A DNA stretch of 64,000 nt from Nitrosopumilaceae archaeon (GTDB lineage Archaea; Thermoproteota; Nitrososphaeria; Nitrososphaerales; Nitrosopumilaceae): NCBI GenBank assembly GCA_965214835.1, contig CBDCCK010000002.1, forward strand, positions 1,248,001 to 1,312,000, in the 5' to 3' direction. Below are positions 41,059 to 51,210 of this stretch, piece after piece. A program made the position numbers and the translations under genes. Positions within the stretch are counted from its first letter, which is position 1. Every line of letters starts with the position of its first letter. The notes beneath the pieces are model-generated. The model saw only the letters and a list, made by a program, of their open reading frames with translations, had not been told where the DNA came from and made no database searches.

Positions 41059-42325
41059 GGATCGCATGTGGATCGTCTGAGATTTTTTCGAGTTCCACCC
41101 GGGTCTCTGTCCCATCCTCCATGTTGCGCAGTACTGCCATTCCAGACCCCAGCTCCTTTGGCGCAATGATGACGGCATATTTGGAATCAGAGGCCATCTC
41201 CATTTGTTTCCTGAGCGGCTTGCCGGCAAGATCAATGTCGGTTGCAATATTGCGCAGCCGCAGGCTAGACGCAACGCCCATTGCGACCCTCTGCATCTCC
41301 TCATTGACGTACAGGACTGAAACCATCTCACGTCTTGTCCTTGGCCAGGCATCCTGTTCATCCATGGTAAGAATAATCCGCTCTACGCCCCCCGCAACCC
41401 CGGTTGCGCCAAGGTCTTCTCGCCCAAATGCGCCGGTAAGCGAGTCATATCGTCCGCCGCCTGCCAGCGCACCCAGGCTGGAATTCTCATCAAAGACCTC
41501 AAAGACGACCCCGGAATAATAGTCCAGGCCTCGCACTATTCCAAAGTTTATTCGCATATTGGAGACACCGCGGCCTTGCAGCGACTCAAAAAGGGATTTC
41601 AGGTAATCCCACGACTCTAGCTCGGAGACCTCAAACTGGGACTCTATTTCATGTATCGTTCCCCTGAGCTGGGAGAACTCTAGGATTTTTTCCAGCTTTG
41701 ACTCGTCATATCCCTTGGCTTTGAACTCTTTGAGGATTTCACTCCTGGGTTTCTTCTGGGTTTTGTCTACGGCGCGCAGGATGTCCCCGACCAGCCGCTC
41801 CTCTGATGACGCAAAGACCCTGTTGATGTAGGATTCCACAAGGTTTCGATGGCTGATGTCTATTGTAATGTTTGAAAGATTCAGTGAGTCAAACAGCCTG
41901 GAGGTCAGCTCTATGATTTCGGATTCAGATTCAAGTCCGGGCTTGCCGTAGACCTCGACGTCCCACTGGTGGAAGTATCGATAGCGCCCCTTTTGCGGCT
42001 CGTCGTACCTAAAGACGCCCCCAAAGCTTGAAATTTTGGCAGGGAGTCTTGCCGACCTCTGCGATGTGATGTATCGGGTAAGGCCAACCGTAAAGTCAAA
42101 ACGCAGTGCAACCTCCCTGCCGCCCTTGTCGATAAAATGGTATATCTCGTCTCGGACTGCAGATCCGGACTTGGCCTCCAAGACAGACAGTAACTCGACG
42201 GGGGACGGATCCATGAATGAAAACCCGTACAGCGAGGACAGCCGTCTGAACTCGTCTCGGATGTGCTCGATCTTTGACTGCTCGTCTGACTCAAAGTCCC
42301 TCATACCACGTGGAAGTTCCAGCAT
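41051..42325 (-). CDS. hisS: Histidyl-tRNA synthetase
   Basis: PRGMRDF, FRYDEPQKGRYR, RGLDYY, GGGRYD. Confidence 0.95.
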   Translation of the reverse strand: MLELPRGMRDFESDEQSKIEHIRDEFRRLSSLYGFSFMDPSPVELLSVLEAKSGSAVRDEIYHFIDKGGREVALRFDFTVGLTRYITSQRSARLPAKISSFGGVFRYDEPQKGRYRYFHQWDVEVYGKPGLESESEIIELTSRLFDSLNLSNITIDISHRNLVESYINRVFASSEERLVGDILRAVDKTQKKPRSEILKEFKAKGYDESKLEKILEFSQLRGTIHEIESQFEVSELESWDYLKSLFESLQGRGVSNMRINFGIVRGLDYYSGVVFEVFDENSSLGALAGGGRYDSLTGAFGREDLGATGVAGGVERIILTMDEQDAWPRTRREMVSVLYVNEEMQRVAMGVASSLRLRNIATDIDLAGKPLRKQMEMASDSKYAVIIAPKELGSGMAVLRNMEDGTETRVELEKISDDPHAILS

Positions 42326-42393
42326 ACTGGCAGGTTCTAAACTAATGATTTAGAGGTTGCGTTAAACAAACTAAAGCACATATAGACGATCCG

Positions 42394-43050
42394 GTGCATG
42401 TGACGTGTTTGCGGCAGGAAGCCGTCGTGTGGCAACAATCAAAAGTTCTTCAACGCATATGGGCATTAACTACGCAGGAGTATGAGACGTTATATCGAAT
42501 CTTATCTGTAGCGGATGCCGTATTATCCATGTTGGGCCCAAGAGCTGAAGTAGCCTTGCCACGTATGAGGGCGTGCGTGAGACTGGCTCAGAGTAGGCGG
42601 ACAACGAAATGCCACATCTAGGGCGAATGGGAGTTTTCCGCGCAGTTGGGCACACACTTTGATCAACAAGGAGGCGATATAATGATCAACATCGGAATAG
42701 ACGTTCATCAAAATATGCGCGTAACAACCATCTAGGACGATACTGCAAAGATTCTGGAGCAAGCGGAGTTTCCCAACACGGACGACGGAATAAGAAAGTT
42801 CACCGGACAGATCAACGAGGAATATACAGGACACAAGATCCGTGCAGTCTGGGGCAGCGGGGAATTACTGGATCCTGCTGCATGACATGCTTGAGGATGA
42901 GCAAATAGGCACGCTGCTGGCGCATCCTGCCAAGACCAAGGCCATAGCACATGCAAGACTAAAGGGCGATAAAGTAGACTCGGTACTGGCAGATCTGCTC
43001 AGGATGGACATGGTGTACGAGTCGTTCGTGCCTGATATGGTACACACATC
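42394..43050 (+). mobile_element. IS110-family remnant (long 5' non-coding end plus degraded RuvC domain from 42682)
   Basis: MINIGIDVH, GNYW, HPAKTKAI..KGDKVDS..LA; internal stop and frameshifts; left boundary approximate. Confidence 0.8.
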
Positions 43051-43058
43051 AAAAATTG

Positions 43059-43151
43059 GTATGTGGTCACCTACCCATATCAATCAGGCACGAATTGACA
43101 TGCATGGTCATGATTTCCATGCCTGGTTAGCAATGGGACGTGACCGCATAC
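43059..43151 (-). mobile_element. MITE family A copy (93 bp, no TSD)
   Basis: Aligns with 31041-31131; flanks differ, suggesting an adjacent deletion of the IS110. Confidence 0.85.
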
Positions 43152-43397
43152 ACGCAAGAAGATGCTTCCTGTTGTTGAAGATCTTCTAATCAGCACCCTA
43201 GATTCTTCTCAAGCTCTTCATCACCTGAATCCATTTGCGCGGGCTTGGATTAGTGTACATGATTGAAGACCAATCACCTTCGTGTCAAAATATACACGAC
43301 ATCGCAAAATTATGATCGGTTATTTTGCATAGACACTAATTGGCAAATCATGTGACACGGTTACAAAATTGTTATAAACCTTGCCACCTAATAGGAC

Positions 43398-43486
43398 GTA
43401 AGAGTTTACCCCCCAGGCGGCACTCGATTAGAACCTTCATGATCACGCCTGCCACGCCGTATCTCAGGAGAGGGACAAACTCTTAC
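43398..43486 (+). mobile_element. MITE family B copy (89 bp)
   Basis: GTAAGAGTTT/AAACTCTTAC, perfect 9-bp TSD TAATAGGAC. Confidence 0.9.
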
Positions 43487-43498
43487 TAATAGGACGAT

Positions 43499-44374
43499 AT
43501 GGACAGGTGGATTTGGCCCGTGACGCAGGAGAACTGGGACGTCGTCCGCGATTATTCCATTTGGGCCGTAGACAAGGAATTCAAAACAAAGAGCATCAAA
43601 ATCGACGACTATATCCTATTTTATGTGAAGGGAACCGGCCTTTTCCGTGGAATCTACCAAGTTGTAAGCACTTGGTACAAATCAGACAAGCTTGTATGGT
43701 CAGACGAGACCAAATCTAAAAGGAAGATCTACCCCTACCAATGTAAACTGAGGCCATTTTTGATCAAGGACGTGATCTTCAAAAACATCAGAGACAAGTT
43801 GGACTTTTCCAGCAAGTATGTTGCCAACCCCAACGTAGTTCTCATGGCTACGGGAAACGGGCCTGCAAACTTTAGCCGTCCCATACCAGAACAGGACATG
43901 AAAATCATAGCAGAACACATGACAACCATCATAAAATCAGACAAGGCCGAAGAGGGCTCCGAGCACAAGAAGATAATCGAGTTTCTGAGTGAGATTGGCG
44001 ACGCGCTAGGATTTGAAACACATACGGAACAGGAATACACGCTTGTGGCTCCCGGATCTGTAGTGGATATGATATGGGAGACTCGGATTGGCAGCATGGG
44101 CACCATAAAATACGCCTTTGAGGTTCAGTCTAAGGGATCCATCAAGTCACTGATCAACAATCTTGTGCAATCGATGAATGATCCTACAGTGAAAAAGGTG
44201 GTGGCCGTCTCTGACACAAAACAGCTTGACAAGATTCGGGATATGGTGAAAAGCACTAACGCATACACAAACATGGCACAATCGATGTTTGTATTTCTGG
44301 ATGTAAGGATGATCAGCGAGTTTATCACGTTGGTGCCGCAGCTAAACAACTTCAAGAAGATGCTGTCCGTCTAG
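43499..44374 (+). CDS. EVE domain fused to PD-(D/E)xK-like nuclease domain
   Basis: N-terminal W..ENW..WAV..D.ILFYV..GIYQV..IYPY; C-terminal H..IG..LGF..E..VD.IW..AFEVQ. Confidence 0.75.
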   Translation: MDRWIWPVTQENWDVVRDYSIWAVDKEFKTKSIKIDDYILFYVKGTGLFRGIYQVVSTWYKSDKLVWSDETKSKRKIYPYQCKLRPFLIKDVIFKNIRDKLDFSSKYVANPNVVLMATGNGPANFSRPIPEQDMKIIAEHMTTIIKSDKAEEGSEHKKIIEFLSEIGDALGFETHTEQEYTLVAPGSVVDMIWETRIGSMGTIKYAFEVQSKGSIKSLINNLVQSMNDPTVKKVVAVSDTKQLDKIRDMVKSTNAYTNMAQSMFVFLDVRMISEFITLVPQLNNFKKMLSV

Positions 44375-44445
44375 CATATCTGCAGGATCCGCAACATGCA
44401 TGCTTGTTGAAATCATTATTTACTGGCAAGATAGACAGATTGCAG

Positions 44446-44862
44446 TTGAGTTACAGATTCTTGGAGCACACAACTGATGCCATCATCGAGGTAGAGGCCC
44501 CCACGCTCGAAGAGGCGTTCCAGGTTGCAGGGGATGCAGTCATAGACACCACTCTTAATCCGGATGCGGTCGACGAGACAGAAACAAGGGAGTTTTCTGC
44601 AGAGGGAAAGGACTTGAGATATCTGTTGTTCAGCTGGCTTGAGGAGGTGATTTACCTGCTGATAACAGACGGATTTGCGATTAAAAAACTAGAGCCAAAG
44701 ATTTCCCGGTCTGAAAACATGAAGATTGCCTGCAGGGCCACAGGAGAGCCGATTGATCTGTCAAAGCACGGATTCAGGGTGGAGATCAAGGCACCGACAT
44801 TTCACGACATGGAAATAAAACAAAATGGCGGCGTCTACATGAGATTCTTGCTGGATCTGTAA
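44446..44862 (+). CDS. Archease
   Basis: YRFLEHTTD, EIKAPTFH, terminal LDL. Confidence 0.92.
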   Translation: MSYRFLEHTTDAIIEVEAPTLEEAFQVAGDAVIDTTLNPDAVDETETREFSAEGKDLRYLLFSWLEEVIYLLITDGFAIKKLEPKISRSENMKIACRATGEPIDLSKHGFRVEIKAPTFHDMEIKQNGGVYMRFLLDL

Positions 44863-44894
44863 GGTAATTATAGGCTGCAGTGAGGTTGGGCGAC

Positions 44895-45293
44895 ATGGAA
44901 GACGAGGAGCTTAAGCGGCTAAAGGAGAGAAAACTGCAGGAGATGATGGCCGCAAGCCAGATCCCGCAAAATGTAGGAGTCGTGGATCTTGACGGCTCAA
45001 ACTTTGATCAGGTTACTGCAAGGGATGGTCTGACTCTAGTTGATTTTTGGGCAGAGTGGTGCGGGCCCTGCAAGCTTATGCACCCCGTTTTTGAGAGAAT
45101 GTCAAAAAAATACAGGCAGGTGACCTTTGCAAGGGTCAATGTGGATCAAAACCAGCCAATCGCCATGAGGTTCGGAGTACAGGCAATTCCCACGTTTATT
45201 ATGTTCAAAGGCGGCATGGAGGTTGACAAGATGATGGGTGCCGTAGGAGAGCCAGGCATACACATGATCATCAGAAAGCACTCCAAGGAATAG
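44895..45293 (+). CDS. Thioredoxin with N-terminal helix
   Basis: DFWAEWCGPC, AIPT. Confidence 0.92.
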   Translation: MEDEELKRLKERKLQEMMAASQIPQNVGVVDLDGSNFDQVTARDGLTLVDFWAEWCGPCKLMHPVFERMSKKYRQVTFARVNVDQNQPIAMRFGVQAIPTFIMFKGGMEVDKMMGAVGEPGIHMIIRKHSKE

Positions 45294-45371
45294 TTTGTAA
45301 ATTATTATTGCTTGTCTACAGGAACAAATTACACGTCGTTTTTAATAAAAAATTTTCAGGACGAACCACTG

Positions 45372-46532
45372 ATGAGGCCTGAGATGCTGTCGGTGGCGAT
45401 ACTTGCCGCATTCATGCTAGCTTTACCTGTCCACGGGGACGTATTGACGCTTGAGACCGACAAGCCATCCTATGACAGGGGAGACAAAATAGTTTTTTCA
45501 GGGATCGAGGAGGACGGCAAAAAACTGGTGACGCTGATCATCAGGGATCCGTCTGGAACCAAGGTTGATCTCAGGGGAGATCCCTCCTCGGACAATGACG
45601 GGAGCTTTGAGATATCACCCATAAGCGTCAGGGATGCATTTTACACCCCTGGAATCTACAAGATACAGGCGTTTACCGATACGCAATCGGTGGCAGATTC
45701 AACTGACATTCACATGGAGTATGACGGAAAGACTGTAAAAACGGTCAAGGTTTACGATTTGGAGCTGCAGCACATCGGAGACAGGGTGATAGACGAAAAC
45801 GAGGAGTTTTCATTTGTTGCAGGCATTACGGATTCGTCAATCGTAGATGAGGAGTACAGCCTTGGAGGTAGTGCCCCGGTCGGGACGGCCATTGAGCCAA
45901 AGTCAGGCAGGTTCACCTGGACTCCAGCCGAATCACAGGGACCTGGAGCATACGTGATGGATGTCATAGTACGGGCAGGGGTTTCTGAGGACAGCGAGAC
46001 CATAACCATAACAGTGAACGAGGTTGTAGAGCCCGTGATGGAGAATCCAGCCCCTAGTCCGATGGAGAAACCAGCCTCCAGCCCAGCCACGCCTTCTGAT
46101 CCAGATAGGGCACATGTAGAGCCGCCGCTGGGAATGGCATCATTTGTGGATCCCCAAAGGGATCCGCAGCACTATGTTGACAGGTACAACAATGAAGGGA
46201 TATACAGGGACTGGTTTGACGAGAGGTTCCCGCAGTACTCGTCGATTTACCAGGCAGTGGGGCTGGAGGAACCGCTGGGAATGGCATCATTTGTGGATCC
46301 CCAAAGGGATCCGCAGCACTATGTTGACAGGTACAACAATGAAGGGATATACAGGGACTGGTTTGACGAGAGGTTCCCGCAGTACTCGTCGATTTACCAG
46401 GCAGTGGGGCTGGAGGAGCCCAAGACAGGAATATGCGGGGAGGGAACCGCCCTGGTTGGCGGGGTCTGTACCGTCATGGAGAGTCACGGGCAGGCGCAGG
46501 ATCAGATGTGCTTTTTGTTCTGGTGCTGGTAG
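45372..46532 (+). CDS. Secreted Ig-like/cadherin-like surface protein with duplicated 49-aa module
   Basis: Signal peptide, TDKPSY..GD, GRFTWTP, two identical modules, CFLFWCW end. Confidence 0.75.
   Translation: MRPEMLSVAILAAFMLALPVHGDVLTLETDKPSYDRGDKIVFSGIEEDGKKLVTLIIRDPSGTKVDLRGDPSSDNDGSFEISPISVRDAFYTPGIYKIQAFTDTQSVADSTDIHMEYDGKTVKTVKVYDLELQHIGDRVIDENEEFSFVAGITDSSIVDEEYSLGGSAPVGTAIEPKSGRFTWTPAESQGPGAYVMDVIVRAGVSEDSETITITVNEVVEPVMENPAPSPMEKPASSPATPSDPDRAHVEPPLGMASFVDPQRDPQHYVDRYNNEGIYRDWFDERFPQYSSIYQAVGLEEPLGMASFVDPQRDPQHYVDRYNNEGIYRDWFDERFPQYSSIYQAVGLEEPKTGICGEGTALVGGVCTVMESHGQAQDQMCFLFWCW
46125..46417 (+). repeat. Tandem in-frame duplication, period 147 bp
   Basis: 46125-46270 identical to 46272-46417. 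Confidence 0.92.
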
Positions 46533-46543
46533 CCGGCGCCCGT

Positions 46544-48325
46544 TCAGTAGCCGTAGGATGGGTCATTCCTGCGCTGGACATCGACGACAAAGTTCAGGAT
46601 CTCCACCTGTTCGGCAGTTAGCTTGTGTATGAACCTGTTCAGGAGTTTTTTTGCCTCCTGCGGATGAGGCAGTGTATAGAACTCGTCCTCCTCGCTGATC
46701 TGTCTTCCAATCGTGACCCCCTGTACGGAGCATGCGACCTCCTGTCCGGATCTTGTCTCGTCCAGGGACTTTTTGTCGTCTTGCAATTGATGGACTATCC
46801 CTATGCGCCTGCCATTCTTGTTCATAAACTGCACCTTTTGCTTTAGTACGCCGGCATCGACCCTGATTCCAAACACCGCAGGATCGCTGTTTCTAAAAAC
46901 ATATCCCTTAAGGAAGGTAAACTTTGCAATGGGGGTTATTTCAGAGAATACGGCGTCCTCCTCATGCGCAGTATCATCTGCCACCCACTGGCGATAGGTA
47001 TCAATCAGGTTGTAGATTACCCGGTCTTCAAAGAGCCGTACATGGCCGGCACTAGATTCCTCCCTGGCATCAGGCAGGATCCTTACGTTGAATGCAAGGA
47101 CTACCCCGAGGTGTCGATCATTTTCCTTGATTGTCCTTGCCTCCACGACGTCGCGTCGCGTAACGGGGCCGACATCGGCCTTTGCGACGGGTACCCGCTC
47201 CCTTCTTAGCATCTCGGTTATGGCCTCAAGGGAGCCTATCGTGTCACACTTTAGAATTATGCCGTTGGACTCGGTATCTATGAAAACGGATCTCATCTCC
47301 TCCTCGATCTGATTTTTGAGCCGCTCAATCTCGTCAGGCCTTGAGGAGACATAAAGGGTACTCCCGGGCAGGACGCCTTCGAGGTCGGGTGAGGCGATTT
47401 TGATCCCTGCGGCGGCGACTATCTCATCGACGGGCTTGAACTTGTCACGGGGATCCCGCATCTCATCGAGGGGCTTGGGAAGTAAGATGGCCTTGGGCTT
47501 GGTTGCAATCACCGAGTCGCGCCTTGCCACGACCACCGAGTCGCTCTTACTCATGCTTCCGTCTATGAGAATGACGTTGGCAGTCTGGCCCAGCCCCGCC
47601 TCATCGTTGACCTCAAGTACGATGCCGCGGCTTGCCTTTTCCTCCTGGCTGAGTTTTTTGTTTAGGTATTGCTGGGTAAGGCCGACTAGCACGGTAAGCA
47701 GTTCGGGTATTCCAACGCCGGTCCTGGCAGAGACGGGAACTATCGCAATCTCCTTTTTAAAGTCCTGAATGCGGTAAAATGCCTCGGATTGGTATCCCAG
47801 AATCGAAAGCGAGCCCACCACGTCGTAAATTTTTTGATCCAAGTCGTCCCGAATGGAGGCATCCTGTTCCTTGATTACTTGGGAGATGAATCTGCTCTCA
47901 GATGCCCGCCATCCGGAGATCTGATCACACTTGTTCAGTGCCACAACAAAGGGAACCTTTCTGTCTTCTAGAATTTGCAGGCTTTCGCGTGTTTGGGGCT
48001 GAAATCCCCTGTTGACGTCAACGACTAGGATTGCAATGTCGGCAGCCGAGCCGCCCCTTGCCCTGAGGTTTGTAAAGACTTCGTGTCCCGGGGTGTCGAT
48101 GACTAGGAGTCCGGGAATCTGCGTTTCGGCGGACTCTAGTTTTTTGTATAACGAACCGCAGGTCTCCTTGACCGTGTAGGTGGGAAGAAAGCTTGCCCCA
48201 ATATGCTGGGTGATTCCTCCTGCCTCACGGCCCTGGACTCCCGTGCCGCGGATCTGGTCTAGCAGTGAGGTCTTGCCTGAATCAACATGACCTAAAACTG
48301 CCACGATTGGCTGACGGATCTTCAA
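46544..48325 (-). CDS. infB: Translation initiation factor aIF5B
   Basis: GHVDSGKT, EAGGITQHIGA, DTPGHE, NKCD. Confidence 0.96.
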   Translation of the reverse strand: MKIRQPIVAVLGHVDSGKTSLLDQIRGTGVQGREAGGITQHIGASFLPTYTVKETCGSLYKKLESAETQIPGLLVIDTPGHEVFTNLRARGGSAADIAILVVDVNRGFQPQTRESLQILEDRKVPFVVALNKCDQISGWRASESRFISQVIKEQDASIRDDLDQKIYDVVGSLSILGYQSEAFYRIQDFKKEIAIVPVSARTGVGIPELLTVLVGLTQQYLNKKLSQEEKASRGIVLEVNDEAGLGQTANVILIDGSMSKSDSVVVARRDSVIATKPKAILLPKPLDEMRDPRDKFKPVDEIVAAAGIKIASPDLEGVLPGSTLYVSSRPDEIERLKNQIEEEMRSVFIDTESNGIILKCDTIGSLEAITEMLRRERVPVAKADVGPVTRRDVVEARTIKENDRHLGVVLAFNVRILPDAREESSAGHVRLFEDRVIYNLIDTYRQWVADDTAHEEDAVFSEITPIAKFTFLKGYVFRNSDPAVFGIRVDAGVLKQKVQFMNKNGRRIGIVHQLQDDKKSLDETRSGQEVACSVQGVTIGRQISEEDEFYTLPHPQEAKKLLNRFIHKLTAEQVEILNFVVDVQRRNDPSYGY

Positions 48326-48331
48326 CCCAGA

Positions 48332-48733
48332 TCACGAAAACGCTACCTTCGATTCGTGATCAAAACTTGCCTGAGAGTCTGATGCGTGGATGATATTTTC
48401 GCTAAAGCCAAGGCCAAAGTCCCCCCTGACAGAGCCGGGTGCTGCCTCAAAGGACTTTGTCGCGCCGATCATGGTTCTGGTGGCGGCAATCGCACTATTG
48501 CCCTCAATAATGGCGGCAACCACCGGGCCGGATGTGATAAACGATGTCAGTTCCCCAAAGAACGGCTTGTCCTTGTGCACATCATAGAACCGCTCTGCCT
48601 GCTCTTGTGTAAATTGGAACATTTTGAGCTTGAGTACTGCAAACCCCTTTCTTTCAAAACGCGCGATGATCTCACCTACGAGTTTCCGCCTTACTGCGTC
48701 AGGCTTTACTATGAATAATGTCTGTTCGGCCAA
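48332..48733 (-). CDS. ndk: Nucleoside diphosphate kinase
   Basis: IVKPDAV, PGSVRGDF, NIIHASDS. Confidence 0.95.
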   Translation of the reverse strand: MAEQTLFIVKPDAVRRKLVGEIIARFERKGFAVLKLKMFQFTQEQAERFYDVHKDKPFFGELTSFITSGPVVAAIIEGNSAIAATRTMIGATKSFEAAPGSVRGDFGLGFSENIIHASDSQASFDHESKVAFS

Positions 48734-48735
48734 AT

Positions 48736-48939
48736 CTACCTCTTTTGCCTGATTCCGCCCTTGACGTATTTTTTGGTCCACTTCAGCTTTCTGGGATCAC
48801 GTTTTAGCTCCAGCATGTTCTTTTTGCACTTTGAGGAACAAAACCAGAGTACGGTGCCGTCATTTTTTATCAGCATGGTGCCAGAACCCTTTGCCACCGG
48901 CCTGTCACAGAAACTACATGGCTTTACTAGAAGACTCAT
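48736..48939 (-). CDS. rpl24e: Ribosomal protein L24e
   Basis: CSFC, FCSSKC, PRKLKWT. Confidence 0.95.
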   Translation of the reverse strand: MSLLVKPCSFCDRPVAKGSGTMLIKNDGTVLWFCSSKCKKNMLELKRDPRKLKWTKKYVKGGIRQKR

Positions 48940-48951
48940 TTCCAACTTTTC

Positions 48952-49164
48952 CTATTTGATCTTCTTTGCTTCCCTTTCGGTTTCCCTCAGCATCAGGATA
49001 TCGCCCATTCTGACGGAGCCCTTTACGTTTCTGGTAAGAATCCTGCCCCTGTCCTTGCCTGACATTATCTTCACCCTAACTTGGATGACCTCGCCTGCAA
49101 TCCCGGTTCTTCCGACAATCTGAATGATTTCAGCTTGGGTCACTTCTTCGGTTTCTGTGCTCAT
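48952..49164 (-). CDS. rps28e: Ribosomal protein S28e
   Basis: GRTG..GEVIQV, RNVKG, ETEREA. Confidence 0.95.
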   Translation of the reverse strand: MSTETEEVTQAEIIQIVGRTGIAGEVIQVRVKIMSGKDRGRILTRNVKGSVRMGDILMLRETEREAKKIK

Positions 49165-49547
49165 TGATCAGTCTTGCCACCTTTAGTTTTAGCAATTGAT
49201 GAAATGACTTGATCAATGATGTGTTGGGCGTCGCCGGAATCTAGGATAGCTGCTGCCGCAGACGTAATATCGATTCCAAGAGCCTTGCCTAGATCCTGCT
49301 TGCTTGGAACAAACACATACGCTGCGTTTTGCTCCTCGCACAGGATTGGCAGGTGTGCTACGACCTCTGGGGGCTCTACGTCCTCTGCTATAACTATCAA
49401 CTTGCTTGAGCCCCTCTCGATTGCCTTTGTTGCCTCATTGGTGCCTTTTTTGACCTTACCGCTCTGAGTGGCAACGCGAAGCGCCTCATAAATCGGATTT
49501 ACAAGGTCTTGGGGGGTCTCAAATTTTACATAGTAAGCCTTACCCAT
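49161..49547 (-). CDS. rpl7ae: Ribosomal protein L7Ae
   Basis: [29 protein letters not shown]. Confidence 0.96.
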   Translation of the reverse strand: MGKAYYVKFETPQDLVNPIYEALRVATQSGKVKKGTNEATKAIERGSSKLIVIAEDVEPPEVVAHLPILCEEQNAAYVFVPSKQDLGKALGIDITSAAAAILDSGDAQHIIDQVISSIAKTKGGKTDQ

Positions 49548-49620
49548 AATACATCACCCTAAGGGATCATCTCCATTCCACATCTGGACGCAATTGGTTT
49601 TAAAAGTGTTATTCGGCGAT

Positions 49621-50904
49621 CAGTCATCCCAGAAGTAACCCAAAATAGCCCGTTTTGACCGAAACAGATCAATTAGGGGCCGTCCCAGAAGGTACTCATG
49701 CACCACCAAAAGAACCAACTGAGACGTGATGCTCTTAACAACCCGCGCATATATCAAGCTATACTGGAGACCGTAGGCGACGGCATGGCCTCGTGCATCG
49801 GGGTCAGACAAGCACAATGCCATCTATACGGCAGACGACTTGGGTGCCTGACGCGAGCGGCCGCATCCAACGGGCAGGTGGCCAACTGCACGACATATGC
49901 ACGGGAGGTGCCGACGATCCCGGGGCTGTTCCGCAACCCCACAGACGAGTGGATCCGTGGCGTCGCCGTAAGATCCGAGCCCGGCCAGATCCTAGACTGT
50001 CTTGCAGGTACCGTGTGCCGGCAGCTGGAACAATCGAGGGAGATGAAACTGATCAAGGAGGGCCAAAAGCTGGACATGGCAATAGACATGCACCTCATAC
50101 CGCGCTACGACAAGAAACACGGTAAGGAGCTGGTCCACTCGAAGAAGAAAAACGGGACGCACGTCTTTGAGCGGTACATCACTATGCAGTGTATCGTGGC
50201 GCACTGCCGCCTCGTACTGCCTGTACTGTACATGCCGGCCCTTGAGGATACGGCCGATTTCGTGCGTAAAATCATCGATTCTGCACACCTTGCAGGAACC
50301 GAGCCCGCAGTCGTGATGCTGGATCGCGAGTTCTTTTCAGCATCCGTCATCTGAGCTGGATGCGACAGGAGTCATACACATTATACCGTGCAAGAATACG
50401 GATACGGTCGTTGCCACGCTCAAGGAAAACGATGACGGAAAAAGAAGAGAGGTCGAGTCGGTCACATCCTAGACGTCCGGATCCGCACGGTACACGATGG
50501 TCATCACAAAGAGAAAGAAAAAGCGGTCAGACAGGATCAAGGAGGAGGAGCTGCTGGCACACGAGCGACTCATCGGATTTGCAACCAACGTGCTAGGAAT
50601 AGATCCGGACGAGTACAGCCGCAGGTGGGGAATAGAGACAGGATACCGGACGATAGAGAACGCAAGGGTTAGGACCCACTGCAAGAGCCCGGTCGCAAGG
50701 ATGCCGTACTTTACTCGGCGGCAGTCTTCAACGCGTGGGTCATGGCAAACGCGATGATGAGGGACATAACGGGGATCATTACCGAGGATCCCCTGATCAA
50801 CCAGCAGTGCCTCAATGACGTGATCAAGTGCCGTACATCAGACTATAGGATGCTGCTCAAGCACCCTCCACCGGTGCCTCCCTGAGTTACTTCTGGGAAG
50901 ACTG
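49621..50904 (+). mobile_element. ISH3-family element, pseudogenised transposase
   Basis: TIR CAGTC(A/T)TCCCAGAAGTAAC 18/19; AIDMHLIPRYD, LDREFF, YSRRWGIETGYR; stops and frameshifts. Confidence 0.85.
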
Positions 50905-51210
50905 ACGTGGTAGGTACGGTTGAAAACTGAGCTTTTTTATCGAAATGGGCATAATGTGCCAAAATTATGATCCATTTTTTTGATGTGCGCATTGCGGTGC
51001 AGATGATCACATGCGGGTATACAGGCAGCCAGACGTGGCGTTTTGATTGGAGTCGTTTTATGGGGGTCGTTTTATGGGTGTTGTTTCCTAATTCGCCAGA
51101 ATTCCTGAAAACCGTTGAGATGCCACGTGGATCAGTCGTGCAAAAGGGCAAAAATTCAGAAAAACATACAGATCGAGTCAGGCAGGTGGAATTAAGAAAC
51201 AACCCTCGTT

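Noticed and set aside
46125-46417. Direct repeat as CRISPR or mobile element
   Set aside because: In-frame tandem coding duplication with no spacer
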